A DNA stretch of 64,000 nt, from positions 6,586 through 70,585 of the forward strand of contig CAYNGY010000001.1 of NCBI GenBank assembly GCA_964397195.1. Reading direction: 5' to 3'. The stretch comes from an uncultured Gammaproteobacteria bacterium. GTDB lineage: Bacteria; Patescibacteriota; Patescibacteriia; SBBC01; CAIJZX01. Positions 10,165 to 20,159 of this stretch are shown here, one piece after another (within the stretch, counting starts at the first letter, position 1; each line of letters starts with the position of its first letter). The notes under the pieces were generated by a model, which was not told the DNA's origin, made no database searches, and saw nothing but the letters and a program-made list of their open reading frames with translations. The position numbers and the translations under genes were made by a program.

Positions 10165-10301
10165 AGTGCTCGCATCCTATAGAAACAAGGGTAAAAAGTC
10201 AAGCGAATGCGGGTATTGCGCAAAAAAGTAACCGTGCTATTGTTCGCCTAACCACCGACCGTCCCGGCTTACTCATGGGCGCCTGTGGTCCCAACGGCTA
10301 T

Positions 10302-11843
10302 ATGTCTATTCTCCAACGCGCTGTAATCCGCGGCACCATTCCGGCCATCTTACTTGGAACCATGCTGTTCCCGGGAGTCACCGTCGCTGATTTTGGCGAA
10401 ATTCAGCATTCCCCCATTCCGCCGACCCTGCGTAAATGTCGGAACAATATGTGGGGGTGTACGTTGCCGACCGAGTTAGAAAATACCGAGCGGTTCTTAT
10501 CGCGCCGCAAACAAGGCCTACCCTACACGCCCGATCCGCGTCCGCTCACTCCGGCCGGTGAAGTACTGCGCTTGAATACACTCAGCCAAGCCATGGGCTA
10601 CCTCTCGATGTATCGCGCGAATCGCATGATGTACTATCGCCGCGAAGCACAACAGCGTGTTGAGTACATTCTCTCGCTCGGTCAGAGCGGGTATGGCAGT
10701 GGCGTCCGAACCGGCATCTTCGGGTATATGTTTCTCGATGCGTATCGCCTTTTGAATGATAGTCGGTACTTACGAGAAGGATTGCGGATCGCCGACGACT
10801 GCGCGAATCTCCCGGCCAGCGACATGCACATGAATGGCGGACTGATGTGCGCGATTAATCTCGATAGCGCCTATCAGTTGACGGGAGACACCCGGTACCG
10901 TGATGCCGCCCGAGACACGGTCCAACGGACCGCCCCAAAACAATTCGCCGACGGCGCATTTCCGCATCTCCCGACACAAGCTGGCGGTGAAAACCTGAGT
11001 TACACCGCCTGGATGGACGTGGAGATGATTTTGATGCAGCAATTCGACCCGTCGGATCCTAACCTCGAGCTCTTGATGGTCCGAACCGGCCGCTTCCTCA
11101 GTGACCGCATCGCCGCCGACGGCAGTCTGAACTATTTTGATGCGAACGGGTCCTACGATCAAGACGCCGGGAGCGTTTCCCGGTATGGCGTGGCTGACAT
11201 CGCTAGTACCGCACTCGGCGCCTATTCAATCGGCAACCGCTCAGCCGCCGAAAAGGCTCTGACCTTTTTATTCCGTCAACGCTTAAGTGGCCCCGACCTC
11301 GGCGGCTACCCGGATAAGTATGCGGAACTTGATCCGAATAATCCATGGTTGAACGGAAACCCGTCGGTTCTTCGCACCTCACTGATTTTCTGGTATCTGT
11401 CTCTGTTTCAAAACTTCCCGACCTCGTGTAGCGTTGCCCAAAAGTCGTGTACCGTTACGCCCGCGAATTGCAATCCCGCCTATGCGGAACTTGGACTGTG
11501 TAACCAAAGTCTACCGGGGACGCAAACCTGTCTCCTCGGTCGATGGACGTCATGTTTTGATCCGGTCCAAACCGCCTATCGTACCCAGCAAGACTGCAAC
11601 GTGGAAACATACTGTTCGGATGAAAATGGTCAGGCCTGCTTTTACAACTGCACGCACCTTGGGACGAAACGCTGTGTCGGGTCGCAATGTAGTCAAACCT
11701 GTTACGACGTCGATGATCAGATTCAGGGTCCGCCGCAATGTGATGTTCGTTGCTACGAAAACAATTCGTGTTCGCTCGTGACCCAAGAACAGCCATCGCC
11801 AACAATGTGCGTCCAGCGGTTACCGACCGGGTACTTCGACTAA
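10302..11843 (+). CDS. secreted protein, alpha/alpha-toroid-like domain plus Cys-rich C-terminal tail
   Basis: signal-like N-terminus; repeated helical motifs (AY.LTGD.RY..AA, Q..DG.F); 17 Cys in last ~140 aa. Confidence 0.7.
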   Translation: MSILQRAVIRGTIPAILLGTMLFPGVTVADFGEIQHSPIPPTLRKCRNNMWGCTLPTELENTERFLSRRKQGLPYTPDPRPLTPAGEVLRLNTLSQAMGYLSMYRANRMMYYRREAQQRVEYILSLGQSGYGSGVRTGIFGYMFLDAYRLLNDSRYLREGLRIADDCANLPASDMHMNGGLMCAINLDSAYQLTGDTRYRDAARDTVQRTAPKQFADGAFPHLPTQAGGENLSYTAWMDVEMILMQQFDPSDPNLELLMVRTGRFLSDRIAADGSLNYFDANGSYDQDAGSVSRYGVADIASTALGAYSIGNRSAAEKALTFLFRQRLSGPDLGGYPDKYAELDPNNPWLNGNPSVLRTSLIFWYLSLFQNFPTSCSVAQKSCTVTPANCNPAYAELGLCNQSLPGTQTCLLGRWTSCFDPVQTAYRTQQDCNVETYCSDENGQACFYNCTHLGTKRCVGSQCSQTCYDVDDQIQGPPQCDVRCYENNSCSLVTQEQPSPTMCVQRLPTGYFD

Positions 11844-12042
11844 CGGTCGATGTTCAGAAACCAATAGCAGGCGGAAGTGTATTTCCGCCTAGATTAGCCC
11901 ACATTAGGGCATATCCTGAATGTACATGGCGAAACTGAATTTTTGCTGAAGAAAAAAGCGCCCTAGGGGAAGGGCGCCGGAGTCGAGAACCTGGCGACTC
12001 CGTGTGGGGCGAGTTGCGAAGGACGAGAGGCGTGCGGCGTGG

Positions 12043-12846
12043 TTATGTACGGAGGACACGAAGATCGAGGATCCGATCGCCGTCGCTGTTCCCCCAGACA
12101 TAAGGAGTAAAGGGCTTCAAGGCCTGTTCCGCCGCCAGCTTCTCACGAAGCAAGACGAGGCCATCGGGCGTTAGGCAGACCGGCCGGACGGCTTGACCGT
12201 TGTGCTCGATGAGCATCTGCCAAGCGTAATCGGAGTGAACGGAGACCCAGCGGTGGCCACGAATCATCTGCCACCAGCGACGGCCACAGGTGCAAAGATA
12301 GCAGTGGGCCGGGTTGCCGAGTTTCGCCAGGACGCGGGCCATCGGTCCGAGGTTCAAACTACCGAGTTCGTGGCGGCATGTCCCGTGGCAGTCGGCGTAC
12401 ATCGTGCTGGCCTGCATCCGTAGTCCAGGCTTCCGTTCGACCGCGGCATGTTCGCGACCGGTCGCAATGAACTCGGCCAGCCGCCCGGCAATGAATCGCT
12501 TGATGGCGTGATTTGCGCCGGAGCTCTCAGTGAACGGGTAGCGATCAGGTTCTGTAAACCAGTTATTCCCGTTGATGCCCGGGTCCTTTGGTCCCATCTC
12601 CCGAACTTTCCAGGCCCAGCCATCGGCGCTCAGAGCATGGAAGAACACATCGATCGAGCGCTGATCCTTGCGGAGCGTCTCGATCGTGACGACGCCATGG
12701 ACGTACTCACCGTTGGGCAGGTTCCACCAGGGGTGAACACGGAGCCACGTTGCGAAGAGCCCATGGCCGAGGTACTCTTCGAACCCCTCCCACCGGTAGT
12801 TGGGCATGTACAGCATTTCAAGTTGCTTCATTTGGCACCTCTCCAT
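12043..12846 (-). CDS. hypothetical protein with Cys/His cluster
   Basis: 267 aa ORF, C..TC.H and C.LC.CG motifs; downstream minus-strand terminator ~11950-11977. Confidence 0.6.
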   Translation of the reverse strand: MERCQMKQLEMLYMPNYRWEGFEEYLGHGLFATWLRVHPWWNLPNGEYVHGVVTIETLRKDQRSIDVFFHALSADGWAWKVREMGPKDPGINGNNWFTEPDRYPFTESSGANHAIKRFIAGRLAEFIATGREHAAVERKPGLRMQASTMYADCHGTCRHELGSLNLGPMARVLAKLGNPAHCYLCTCGRRWWQMIRGHRWVSVHSDYAWQMLIEHNGQAVRPVCLTPDGLVLLREKLAAEQALKPFTPYVWGNSDGDRILDLRVLRT

Positions 12847-12944
12847 TGAAAGGACTAGTGTGCCGTGTGCATGCGGCCGATTTGGTCGCTACGACGACCC
12901 TAGCAAGCGACCCACGGCCGGTCAAGTTTGCTATACTACGTCGC

Positions 12945-13484
12945 ATGATCACCACGCAACACATCGCCGTTTTCGGGAGCGGATGTTTTTGGTGCTCCGA
13001 GGCGGTCTTTACGGAACTGCGCGGTGTGACGGCGGTGACGTCCGGCTATGCCGGTGGGACGAGTCCGAATCCGACCTACGCTTCGATCCACGCGGATGCG
13101 ACCGGGCATGCCGAGGTCATTAAAATCGAATTTGACCCGCAGGTCATTTCTTACGATCAACTGCTCGAAGTGTTTTTCTTCACCCATGATCCGACAACCC
13201 GCGATCGTCAGGGAAACGATATCGGACCAGAGTATCGCTCGATCATTCTCTACGTCAATGACGCGCAACGTATCGCGGCTGAGGCCATGAAGAAAAAAAT
13301 CGATGATGACCACGTCTATCGGCAACCGATTGTGACGGAGATTCGGCCGCTGCAGAAATTTTTCCTGGCCGAACCCGAACAGCAACGCTTCTATGAAAAG
13401 AATCCCGATCAAATCTACTGTCAGGTGGTGATCGATCCAAAGGTGGCGAAATTTCGTGCGAAGTTTTCCAGCCTCCGAAAATAA
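12945..13484 (+). CDS. msrA: peptide-methionine (S)-S-oxide reductase
   Basis: GCFWC active site, GYAGG, TGHAE, HDPT..RQGND.G..YRS. Confidence 0.97.
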   Translation: MITTQHIAVFGSGCFWCSEAVFTELRGVTAVTSGYAGGTSPNPTYASIHADATGHAEVIKIEFDPQVISYDQLLEVFFFTHDPTTRDRQGNDIGPEYRSIILYVNDAQRIAAEAMKKKIDDDHVYRQPIVTEIRPLQKFFLAEPEQQRFYEKNPDQIYCQVVIDPKVAKFRAKFSSLRK

Positions 13485-13511
13485 AAAAGCCAGCTGTACG
13501 AGCTGGCCTCC

Positions 13512-14366
13512 TCAGGTGAGGAGATAGGAGCGAAGTGCGTCGGGCCACGGTCGCATGCCCGGTCCGTAGCTGTTGAGGAGCACCGACCATTCCGGCCGCG
13601 GTGCCGGTCGCGGAAACTCGGCCGTCGTACATGGGGCGACCATACTCGCCACGCCCGCCAGCTCGAAGGCAAGCGTCGCCAGATCAAACCAGGTGGCCGT
13701 ACCGCTGTTCACGCCGTGGTAGATACCAACGGCGAAATCGTCGTCGACCAACTGGCGAGTGAATCGGGCCAGGTCGAGGGTGTAGGTTGGGGCACCGTGT
13801 TGATCGTTCACCACGTTAACCTCGGGTCGTTGTCGGCCATGACCGATGATCGTGTCGACAAAGTTCTTGCCGCCGGGTCCGTACAGCCATGAGGTGCGGA
13901 TGATGTAGCCGTCACATCCGGCATTGATCCATTCGCGCTCGCCGAACGCTTTCGTTCGTCCGTACGCGCTGTGCGGATTCGGGATGGCGTCCTCGGGATA
14001 GCCGTCAGGACGACAACCGTCAAAGACGTAGTCCGTGCTGAAGTGGATCAGTCGGGCGTTCGTTTCGGCGGCGGCGCGAGCAAGATACCCGACCGCCAGG
14101 CCGTTGACGGCGAGCGCCGCTTCCTCGTTCGTCTCGCAGTCATCGACGGCTGTGTAGGCGGCGCAGTTGATCAGGAGCTCCGGGTGATGCGTCTCGAACA
14201 TCGCGTTGATGGCCCGTTCATCGGTCAGGTCGAGCTCGTCGCGATCAAGGAGTAGCGGCTCCGTATCTGCCCAGACCTCAGCCATCGCGCGGCCGAGCAT
14301 GCCCCGGGCACCGAGGATGATAACGCCCGCGGGAGTGTGATGTGCGTTCAATGGTAGTTCCTCCAT
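13512..14366 (-). CDS. rmlD: dTDP-4-dehydrorhamnose reductase
   Basis: GARGMLG, NCAAYTAVD, STDYVFDG, YGRTK, DQ.G.PT, RP..SVL. Confidence 0.95.
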   Translation of the reverse strand: MEELPLNAHHTPAGVIILGARGMLGRAMAEVWADTEPLLLDRDELDLTDERAINAMFETHHPELLINCAAYTAVDDCETNEEAALAVNGLAVGYLARAAAETNARLIHFSTDYVFDGCRPDGYPEDAIPNPHSAYGRTKAFGEREWINAGCDGYIIRTSWLYGPGGKNFVDTIIGHGRQRPEVNVVNDQHGAPTYTLDLARFTRQLVDDDFAVGIYHGVNSGTATWFDLATLAFELAGVASMVAPCTTAEFPRPAPRPEWSVLLNSYGPGMRPWPDALRSYLLT

Positions 14367-14727
14367 TGCGAATGGGGGCAACAAAAGGTGCGCCAGACTA
14401 TACGGTGATCGACCCATTCAGTCAAGGTGTGTAATTGGCGGAAATGGCTTTGCTAAGCCAAAAACAGCATTCACTGCTATCTACGATCGCCCCCATTCAA
14501 TATGTCGTCAGTGGAGGTTACAGTTGTCGGTAAAGACCGAGCGCGTGCTTGACGCAATCCAACGATGTTGTTTGGCCAACAGCCGATGGCAGTGACCGTA
14601 CAATAAGTATTTACCCTCGTGGTTGACAGGGCGCTGGTTGCGCTGTAGGTTCCAGCCATTCACCGGGGCGGTGAAATGTACCCATAGCCGATTGACTGAT
14701 TCCGAGTCATAGGCGATTGGAGGAGCC

Positions 14728-15225
14728 GTGAACCTTCCAAACCTGGAAAAACTACTGCAGCTGGCGCGGACACAAGTAGTCCTGCGCTATGCCGAACGAT
14801 CCTACGGTGGCGATGGATCCTACAAGCTCGAAGTGGACATCGATGCCTTCGTGGTGAGTGAGAGTGATTTCCTTCACCTCTTTCAGCTGAGAAAGGGGTC
14901 GGCGCTTTGGTCCGTGCCAAAGCGCAGTCGACTTCGTTACTTCGGCGCGTGTGTGGGAGCAGACATCACCAACACGGCGGTCCAGAAGATTTTCGAGGAC
15001 GACCGATACGCGAGTGTCTGGGATTCGCCAAAGCCGTTCGTCGGAATTCTTCAGCCGTTCGACAGGGAGTTTGCCCTGCAGGACATCAGCCTGGTCGGGC
15101 TCATGCACCTCGTTCGCTTCCAGACGATGCTGGCCTGCCAGGAGTCCGAACTGGCTATCGACGATCGGCTGAGAAGCATCATCTCCGACCGTCTCAAGCA
15201 CATCAGCAGCATCTTCTCGATCTGA
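14728..15225 (+). CDS. hypothetical protein
   Basis: GGAGGAG SD before GTG; TTGACA-17-TAGGTT promoter at ~14623-14651; T-tract after stop. Confidence 0.65.
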   Translation: MNLPNLEKLLQLARTQVVLRYAERSYGGDGSYKLEVDIDAFVVSESDFLHLFQLRKGSALWSVPKRSRLRYFGACVGADITNTAVQKIFEDDRYASVWDSPKPFVGILQPFDREFALQDISLVGLMHLVRFQTMLACQESELAIDDRLRSIISDRLKHISSIFSI

Positions 15226-15376
15226 ACCCACCCGCCCCGGTGGCTTCTTTTTTGAGAACGTGCGCACCGCTATCGCGGGAAACGCTTCGCGTATCATTGC
15301 ATTTCTCGACGGGCGCTCTAAGAGTGGTTTTCAAAAAACTCCTGCGGTTGAGGCAGGAGTTTCTTTTTCACTCAGT

Positions 15377-17839
15377 CTAAATAAACGTCACGCTCGCCAC
15401 ACGATCCTTCTCATCTCCGAGTCGCATGACGCGCACGCCTTGCGTGTCGCGGCCGAGGACGGAGACCGACTTGATTGGCGTCCGAATAACCTGGCCTTTT
15501 TGCGAAATTACGATCAGGTCGTTCTGCTCCGACTTCGTGTTGACGATGAAGGCCGTGATGACCTCGCCGGTTTTGTCGGTGACACGAGCCGTGCGGATGC
15601 CTGACCCGCCGCGACCTTGGATCTTGTATTCTTTGAGCGGAGTACGTTTCCCGTAGCCGTGGCCCATAATGACCAGCAGCTGCTCGCCGGTGCCTACTTG
15701 TCCGTCCGGAATAAGGTCCATACCAGCCACTTCATCTTTGCCCTTCAATCGGAAACCGCGTACGCCGGCTGCGCCACGGCCCATTTCTCGTAACGACGCT
15801 TCTTTGAATCGGATCGATTGACCTTGGGCGGAGACGAGCATGATGTCATCCTTGCCGCTCGATGGTTTGACCCATTTCAAGGCGTCCCCGTCTTTGAGGG
15901 TGATAGCGATCAGGCCATTTCGACGAACGTTGGAGAAAGCGTCGGTGGCCACTTTTTTAATCACGCCATGCCGCGTCACCATCACCAACGATTTGAACGG
16001 CTTAATATCGGCGACCGAGAGCACGACGTTCACTTTTTCCTCGCCCGGGAGCTGTAAGAAGTTCACAATCGCTTGACCTTTTGAGGTACGCGTGGCGGCC
16101 GGGATATCATACGCTTTTAGTTGGAAGACGCGCCCACGGTTTGTGAAGAACAACAAATCCGAGTGGGTCGTCGTCGAGAGGAAGTGTGCGACGGAATCTT
16201 CTTCTTTCGTCGTCAATCCAATCACGCCTTTCCCGCCACGTCCTTGGGTTCGGAATTGATCCGGGGCGGTACGCTTGATGTAGCCATCACGCGTGATGAC
16301 AACGATCGTAGACTCATTCGGGATTAAGTCTTCCTGGCTAAACGTGCCGACCGCGCCTTTGACAATCTCGGTTTTTCGCTCGTCGCCAAAACGTTCGCGT
16401 AAGTCCGCCAGTTCCGTTTTAATCACGCCCATAATCCGCTTCGGACTGGCCAATAATTCTTCGAGCTCCTTGATCAGCTTGAGCTTGTCCTTGTGCTCCT
16501 GTTCGATCTTTAGGTGTTCAAGGTTCGCCAGCTGCTGGAGACGCATTTCCAGAATTGCCACGGCCTGTTTCTCGCTCAGTTTAAACTTGGTCATCAAGTT
16601 CCCACGGGCTTCGTCGCGGTCCTTCGATTTCTGGATGGTCTTAATAACCTCTTGAATCGAGGCTAAGGCGATCAGTAACCCTTTCAGGATATGGTCGCGG
16701 TCTTTGGCCACGCGCAGATCGTATTCGGCGCGGCGACGAACAACAACCTGACGGTGTTTTAGATATTCTTCGAGCACCATCTTCAGCGTCAACACGCGCG
16801 GTTGAATCCCGTCAACGATGGCTAGCATGTTGACGTGGAATGTCTCTTGCAGTTGGGTCAGGGTGAAGAGCCGGTTCAAGACTTTCTTCGGGTACGAGTC
16901 GCGCTTTAACTCGATCACAATCCGCACCCCTTCTTTATTCGACTCGTCTCGCAGGTCACGGATCCCGTCGATCTTTTTATCACGAACGAGCTCAGCAATT
17001 CGTTCTAAGACAGTCGCCTTATTGACCGCGTACGGCACCTCGGTGACGATAATCTGGAACCCATGCTTACCCTCAACGATATCGGTCTTGGCGCGCATAA
17101 CAATCGAGCCTTTGCCGGTCGCGTAGGCCGCTTTGATATCTTGGGTATTGTAAATGATACCGCCGGTTGGAAAGTCCGGTCCTTTCACAAACTGCATCAG
17201 GTCATCAACGTCGGCATCCGGATGCTCAATCAGGTGCGAGGTGGCGTCGATAATCTCGGTGATGTTGTGTGGTGGGACGTTCGTGGCCATCCCGACCGCA
17301 ATACCAACCGTGCCGTTCAGTAAAAAGTTCGGCAACTTGGCCGGCAGGACTTTTGGTTCTTGGTGTGACCCATCGTAGTTTGGGGCGAAGTCAACAGTCT
17401 GCTTGTCGATGTCATGCAACATGTCCGCGGCGACACGGTCGAGTCGGGCCTCGGTGTAGCGCTGAGCGGCTGGCGGGTCGCCGTCCATCGATCCAAAGTT
17501 CCCCTGTCCATCTACCAGCGTGTACCGCATCGAAAAGTCCTGGGCCATGCGCACCATGGTGTCGTAAATCGACATGTCACCATGCGGGTGGTATTTCCCC
17601 ATCACTTCCCCGACCACGGTCGCTGATTTTCGGTATTTCGTCCCCGGTCGTACGCCGATCGTCCACATGGCGTAGAGAATGCGTCGTTGCACCGGTTTTA
17701 ACCCGTCGCGGACGTCAGGGAGGGCGCGGGCGACAATGACGCTCATGGCGTAATCCAAATAGGACTCCTGCATTTCGGTCACAATCGGGCGGGCTTCGAT
17801 GCGTCCAATCGCGAATGATGATTTCTTCTCTTCAGCCAT
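15377..17839 (-). CDS. gyrA: DNA gyrase subunit A
   Basis: [36 protein letters not shown] catalytic Tyr, GyrA-box QGRGGKG. Confidence 0.98.
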   Translation of the reverse strand: MAEEKKSSFAIGRIEARPIVTEMQESYLDYAMSVIVARALPDVRDGLKPVQRRILYAMWTIGVRPGTKYRKSATVVGEVMGKYHPHGDMSIYDTMVRMAQDFSMRYTLVDGQGNFGSMDGDPPAAQRYTEARLDRVAADMLHDIDKQTVDFAPNYDGSHQEPKVLPAKLPNFLLNGTVGIAVGMATNVPPHNITEIIDATSHLIEHPDADVDDLMQFVKGPDFPTGGIIYNTQDIKAAYATGKGSIVMRAKTDIVEGKHGFQIIVTEVPYAVNKATVLERIAELVRDKKIDGIRDLRDESNKEGVRIVIELKRDSYPKKVLNRLFTLTQLQETFHVNMLAIVDGIQPRVLTLKMVLEEYLKHRQVVVRRRAEYDLRVAKDRDHILKGLLIALASIQEVIKTIQKSKDRDEARGNLMTKFKLSEKQAVAILEMRLQQLANLEHLKIEQEHKDKLKLIKELEELLASPKRIMGVIKTELADLRERFGDERKTEIVKGAVGTFSQEDLIPNESTIVVITRDGYIKRTAPDQFRTQGRGGKGVIGLTTKEEDSVAHFLSTTTHSDLLFFTNRGRVFQLKAYDIPAATRTSKGQAIVNFLQLPGEEKVNVVLSVADIKPFKSLVMVTRHGVIKKVATDAFSNVRRNGLIAITLKDGDALKWVKPSSGKDDIMLVSAQGQSIRFKEASLREMGRGAAGVRGFRLKGKDEVAGMDLIPDGQVGTGEQLLVIMGHGYGKRTPLKEYKIQGRGGSGIRTARVTDKTGEVITAFIVNTKSEQNDLIVISQKGQVIRTPIKSVSVLGRDTQGVRVMRLGDEKDRVASVTFI

Positions 17840-17843
17840 ACGT

Positions 17844-18254
17844 TTATTGACTCAGTTCAGGAAAAACCTCGGAATCGAGGGTTCGAATTTCTTGTTCGGC
17901 CGCCGTGGCGGTTGATTTTTTAAAAGAGTAGGACGTAAACGTCTTTTTAATGCTGTTCCAGGTGTTGCCGAATGAGAATCCGCCGGATCCACCCGATCGC
18001 CAGGCCAGCGGTAACCAGGCGACAATGAGGACAATCGCGCAGACCGCGACTAAGGCCCACATCCAGCGTCGTCGGACCGACTCCGGAAGCTCTGTTTTTT
18101 GTCGGGCTGGAGTCGAGATCTTGGTGGGTGTCGGCGGGGTTGGTTTTTTTGTCACCGCCGGGATGACGACGCGTCGAGCGCTCGTCGGTGGAATCGTTTG
18201 ACCAACAATCTTGACCGGGACATCAACGCTTGGTTTTGATGTTTTTGTGGCCAT
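17844..18254 (-). CDS. hypothetical single-TM protein
   Basis: Pro/Thr-rich N-terminus, one TM; tightly packed in operon. Confidence 0.65.
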   Translation of the reverse strand: MATKTSKPSVDVPVKIVGQTIPPTSARRVVIPAVTKKPTPPTPTKISTPARQKTELPESVRRRWMWALVAVCAIVLIVAWLPLAWRSGGSGGFSFGNTWNSIKKTFTSYSFKKSTATAAEQEIRTLDSEVFPELSQ

Positions 18255-18256
18255 AC

Positions 18257-18856
18257 TTAACTTGGCAGCAGAATAACCACTTGTGCGTCTTCAGCCGGTA
18301 AATTCTTCTTCTCGATCTTAAATTTTTCTACCGGTTCGACATTCTTGACGGCCATGGTCTTAACGAACGCATCAATCGTGGTATACGGAGTCTTGAGACC
18401 AGCGGCCTGGTATTGGATCGGAATGATAATGCGCGGCTCGATCTGGCTCACCAATTCAGCGGCCTGTTCGGCCGTTAAAACGCCCTTCCCGCCAACCGGG
18501 ACACAGAGCACATCAACGCCTTCCAGCGCGGACAGCTCCCCGTTTTCTATTTTATGGTCTAAGTCGCCGAGATGACCGATACTAAGGTCTTCGGCTTCAA
18601 TCCGAAAATGCACCCGGGTCGGTTCTGATGGCAAGTGGATCCCATAAATAAAGACACCCGCCCGTTCAAACTCCCCCGGAGTCTCAACGAGCAGTGGCTC
18701 GCCAGCGACATTTTTCCATTCGCGACCGTCTTTCTGGGTGATGGCCACCATCTGGGCCGCGCCCCGAACGGGCCGTGACGTCGGCGGGTCAATCAGAACA
18801 ACTGTGTCTTTTAGTTGGAGCCGGAGGCCGGCTTCTCCAAGCCAGGAAATTGTCAT
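18257..18856 (-). CDS. MBL-fold (Lactamase_B_3-like) protein, degenerate metal site
   Basis: I.WLG.A, IDP, PGEFE, HLGDL, DVL.VPVGG, P.IIIP; HxHxDH absent. Confidence 0.8.
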   Translation of the reverse strand: MTISWLGEAGLRLQLKDTVVLIDPPTSRPVRGAAQMVAITQKDGREWKNVAGEPLLVETPGEFERAGVFIYGIHLPSEPTRVHFRIEAEDLSIGHLGDLDHKIENGELSALEGVDVLCVPVGGKGVLTAEQAAELVSQIEPRIIIPIQYQAAGLKTPYTTIDAFVKTMAVKNVEPVEKFKIEKKNLPAEDAQVVILLPS

Positions 18857-18947
18857 GGTTTCGGCGCAAAAAACGGGTGAATGAACACCGTGAGTGTACC
18901 AGAAAAATAGCCATTCGACAAGTGTTCGCCGATCGATTTGAGACCGA

Positions 18948-19997
18948 TTATGACCCGAAGGCGTGGGTCAGGATATCACTGATTGTTTCCGCAGACAGCG
19001 CTCCGACCGTGGCATGAATCCCGGCCGCCGCCCAGATAGCCGCACGTTCCGCTGAAGCACAGATAACCATAGCCGGTTGGTCGCTTGCAATCCCGAGGAG
19101 TGTCGGTTGGATGACGTCGTCATCGTCAATCACTACCAGTCGTGGCGTGTGAGGCATAGCCTTAATCAGCGGTGCACTCACGAGTGGGAGCCAACCAAGT
19201 CGTAGGCGTAGTGCGGTAGCCCACGTTTCTTGCCGATTCTGACTGGCGGTGTTACTGAGGACGAGCACATCCAGCTGAGCGCCCGAGGCCGAGCCATGTA
19301 GTCGGTGACCTTGATCGGCATGAACGGCGTCGGCATGGTAACCGCCCATCAGCGGGACGACCGGGCTAGCGGTAGCTGTTCCACTGTTTGTATCAAGTCG
19401 CGTCGGCGCCTTCCAGCCGATAGCGCTCGGGGCGCTGGTCGTGGTGGGAGCCTCATCACTCGACGACGTAATAGCCGCGCGCCGCTCAGTCGTACTCGGC
19501 TGGGCCTGATTTTTACTGTGTTCTTTGACCATGCCGCGCAGGGTCGTACCGGCGACTTGTTCCGCTCGGTGCGTAAAGGCATACGGATCGCGGACATGTC
19601 GGTCCCCAATAGCAACGAGGGCCTCGACTTCCCCGCGGACAAAGGCTTTTTGTTTGCCCATATCTTTCAGAACTTTTTCCCGGTGGAGCGTTGTTTCCGC
19701 AAAAACATTCTCGGCCTTGGTGTGATCTTTTGAATGTCCGTGGATCTCTTTGGCGTATGCCTTGAGAGCCTTGGTGGTTTGCGACGGGATGTAATGCGGC
19801 ATTTTCAGCAGTTTCTTGGTAATGTCGGTCCGCTCGTTTTTCCCGATCACAAACGGCGTTGGTTTTTGGGTATTCCGGTGGGCAGCGGGTCGGGCCAGAT
19901 TTGGTCGTGCGAATGGCAATGACTGGGCGGTCACTGATGAAACCAAACGAGGCGTCGAACCAAAATACCGATGTGCGCCGGGGTCAAAATGAGGCAT
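18948..19997 (-). CDS. hypothetical protein
   Basis: long ORF filling the gap divergent from rpsA; start uncertain. Confidence 0.55.
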   Translation of the reverse strand: MPHFDPGAHRYFGSTPRLVSSVTAQSLPFARPNLARPAAHRNTQKPTPFVIGKNERTDITKKLLKMPHYIPSQTTKALKAYAKEIHGHSKDHTKAENVFAETTLHREKVLKDMGKQKAFVRGEVEALVAIGDRHVRDPYAFTHRAEQVAGTTLRGMVKEHSKNQAQPSTTERRAAITSSSDEAPTTTSAPSAIGWKAPTRLDTNSGTATASPVVPLMGGYHADAVHADQGHRLHGSASGAQLDVLVLSNTASQNRQETWATALRLRLGWLPLVSAPLIKAMPHTPRLVVIDDDDVIQPTLLGIASDQPAMVICASAERAAIWAAAGIHATVGALSAETISDILTHAFGS

Positions 19998-20159
19998 AGC
20001 AGTACAAACAGTATACGCCGTTCTGTACGGGCTTGCCAAAAAGCCCCCTTTCGGGTATGCTCCGAGCGTCTTATTTCCTAAGAAAACGCTCACTATTTCC
20101 TCTAGCGCTCGAGCGTCGCTAGGCTTCGGCTCAGCTGAGGCTCAACAATTAAGTGTCTC

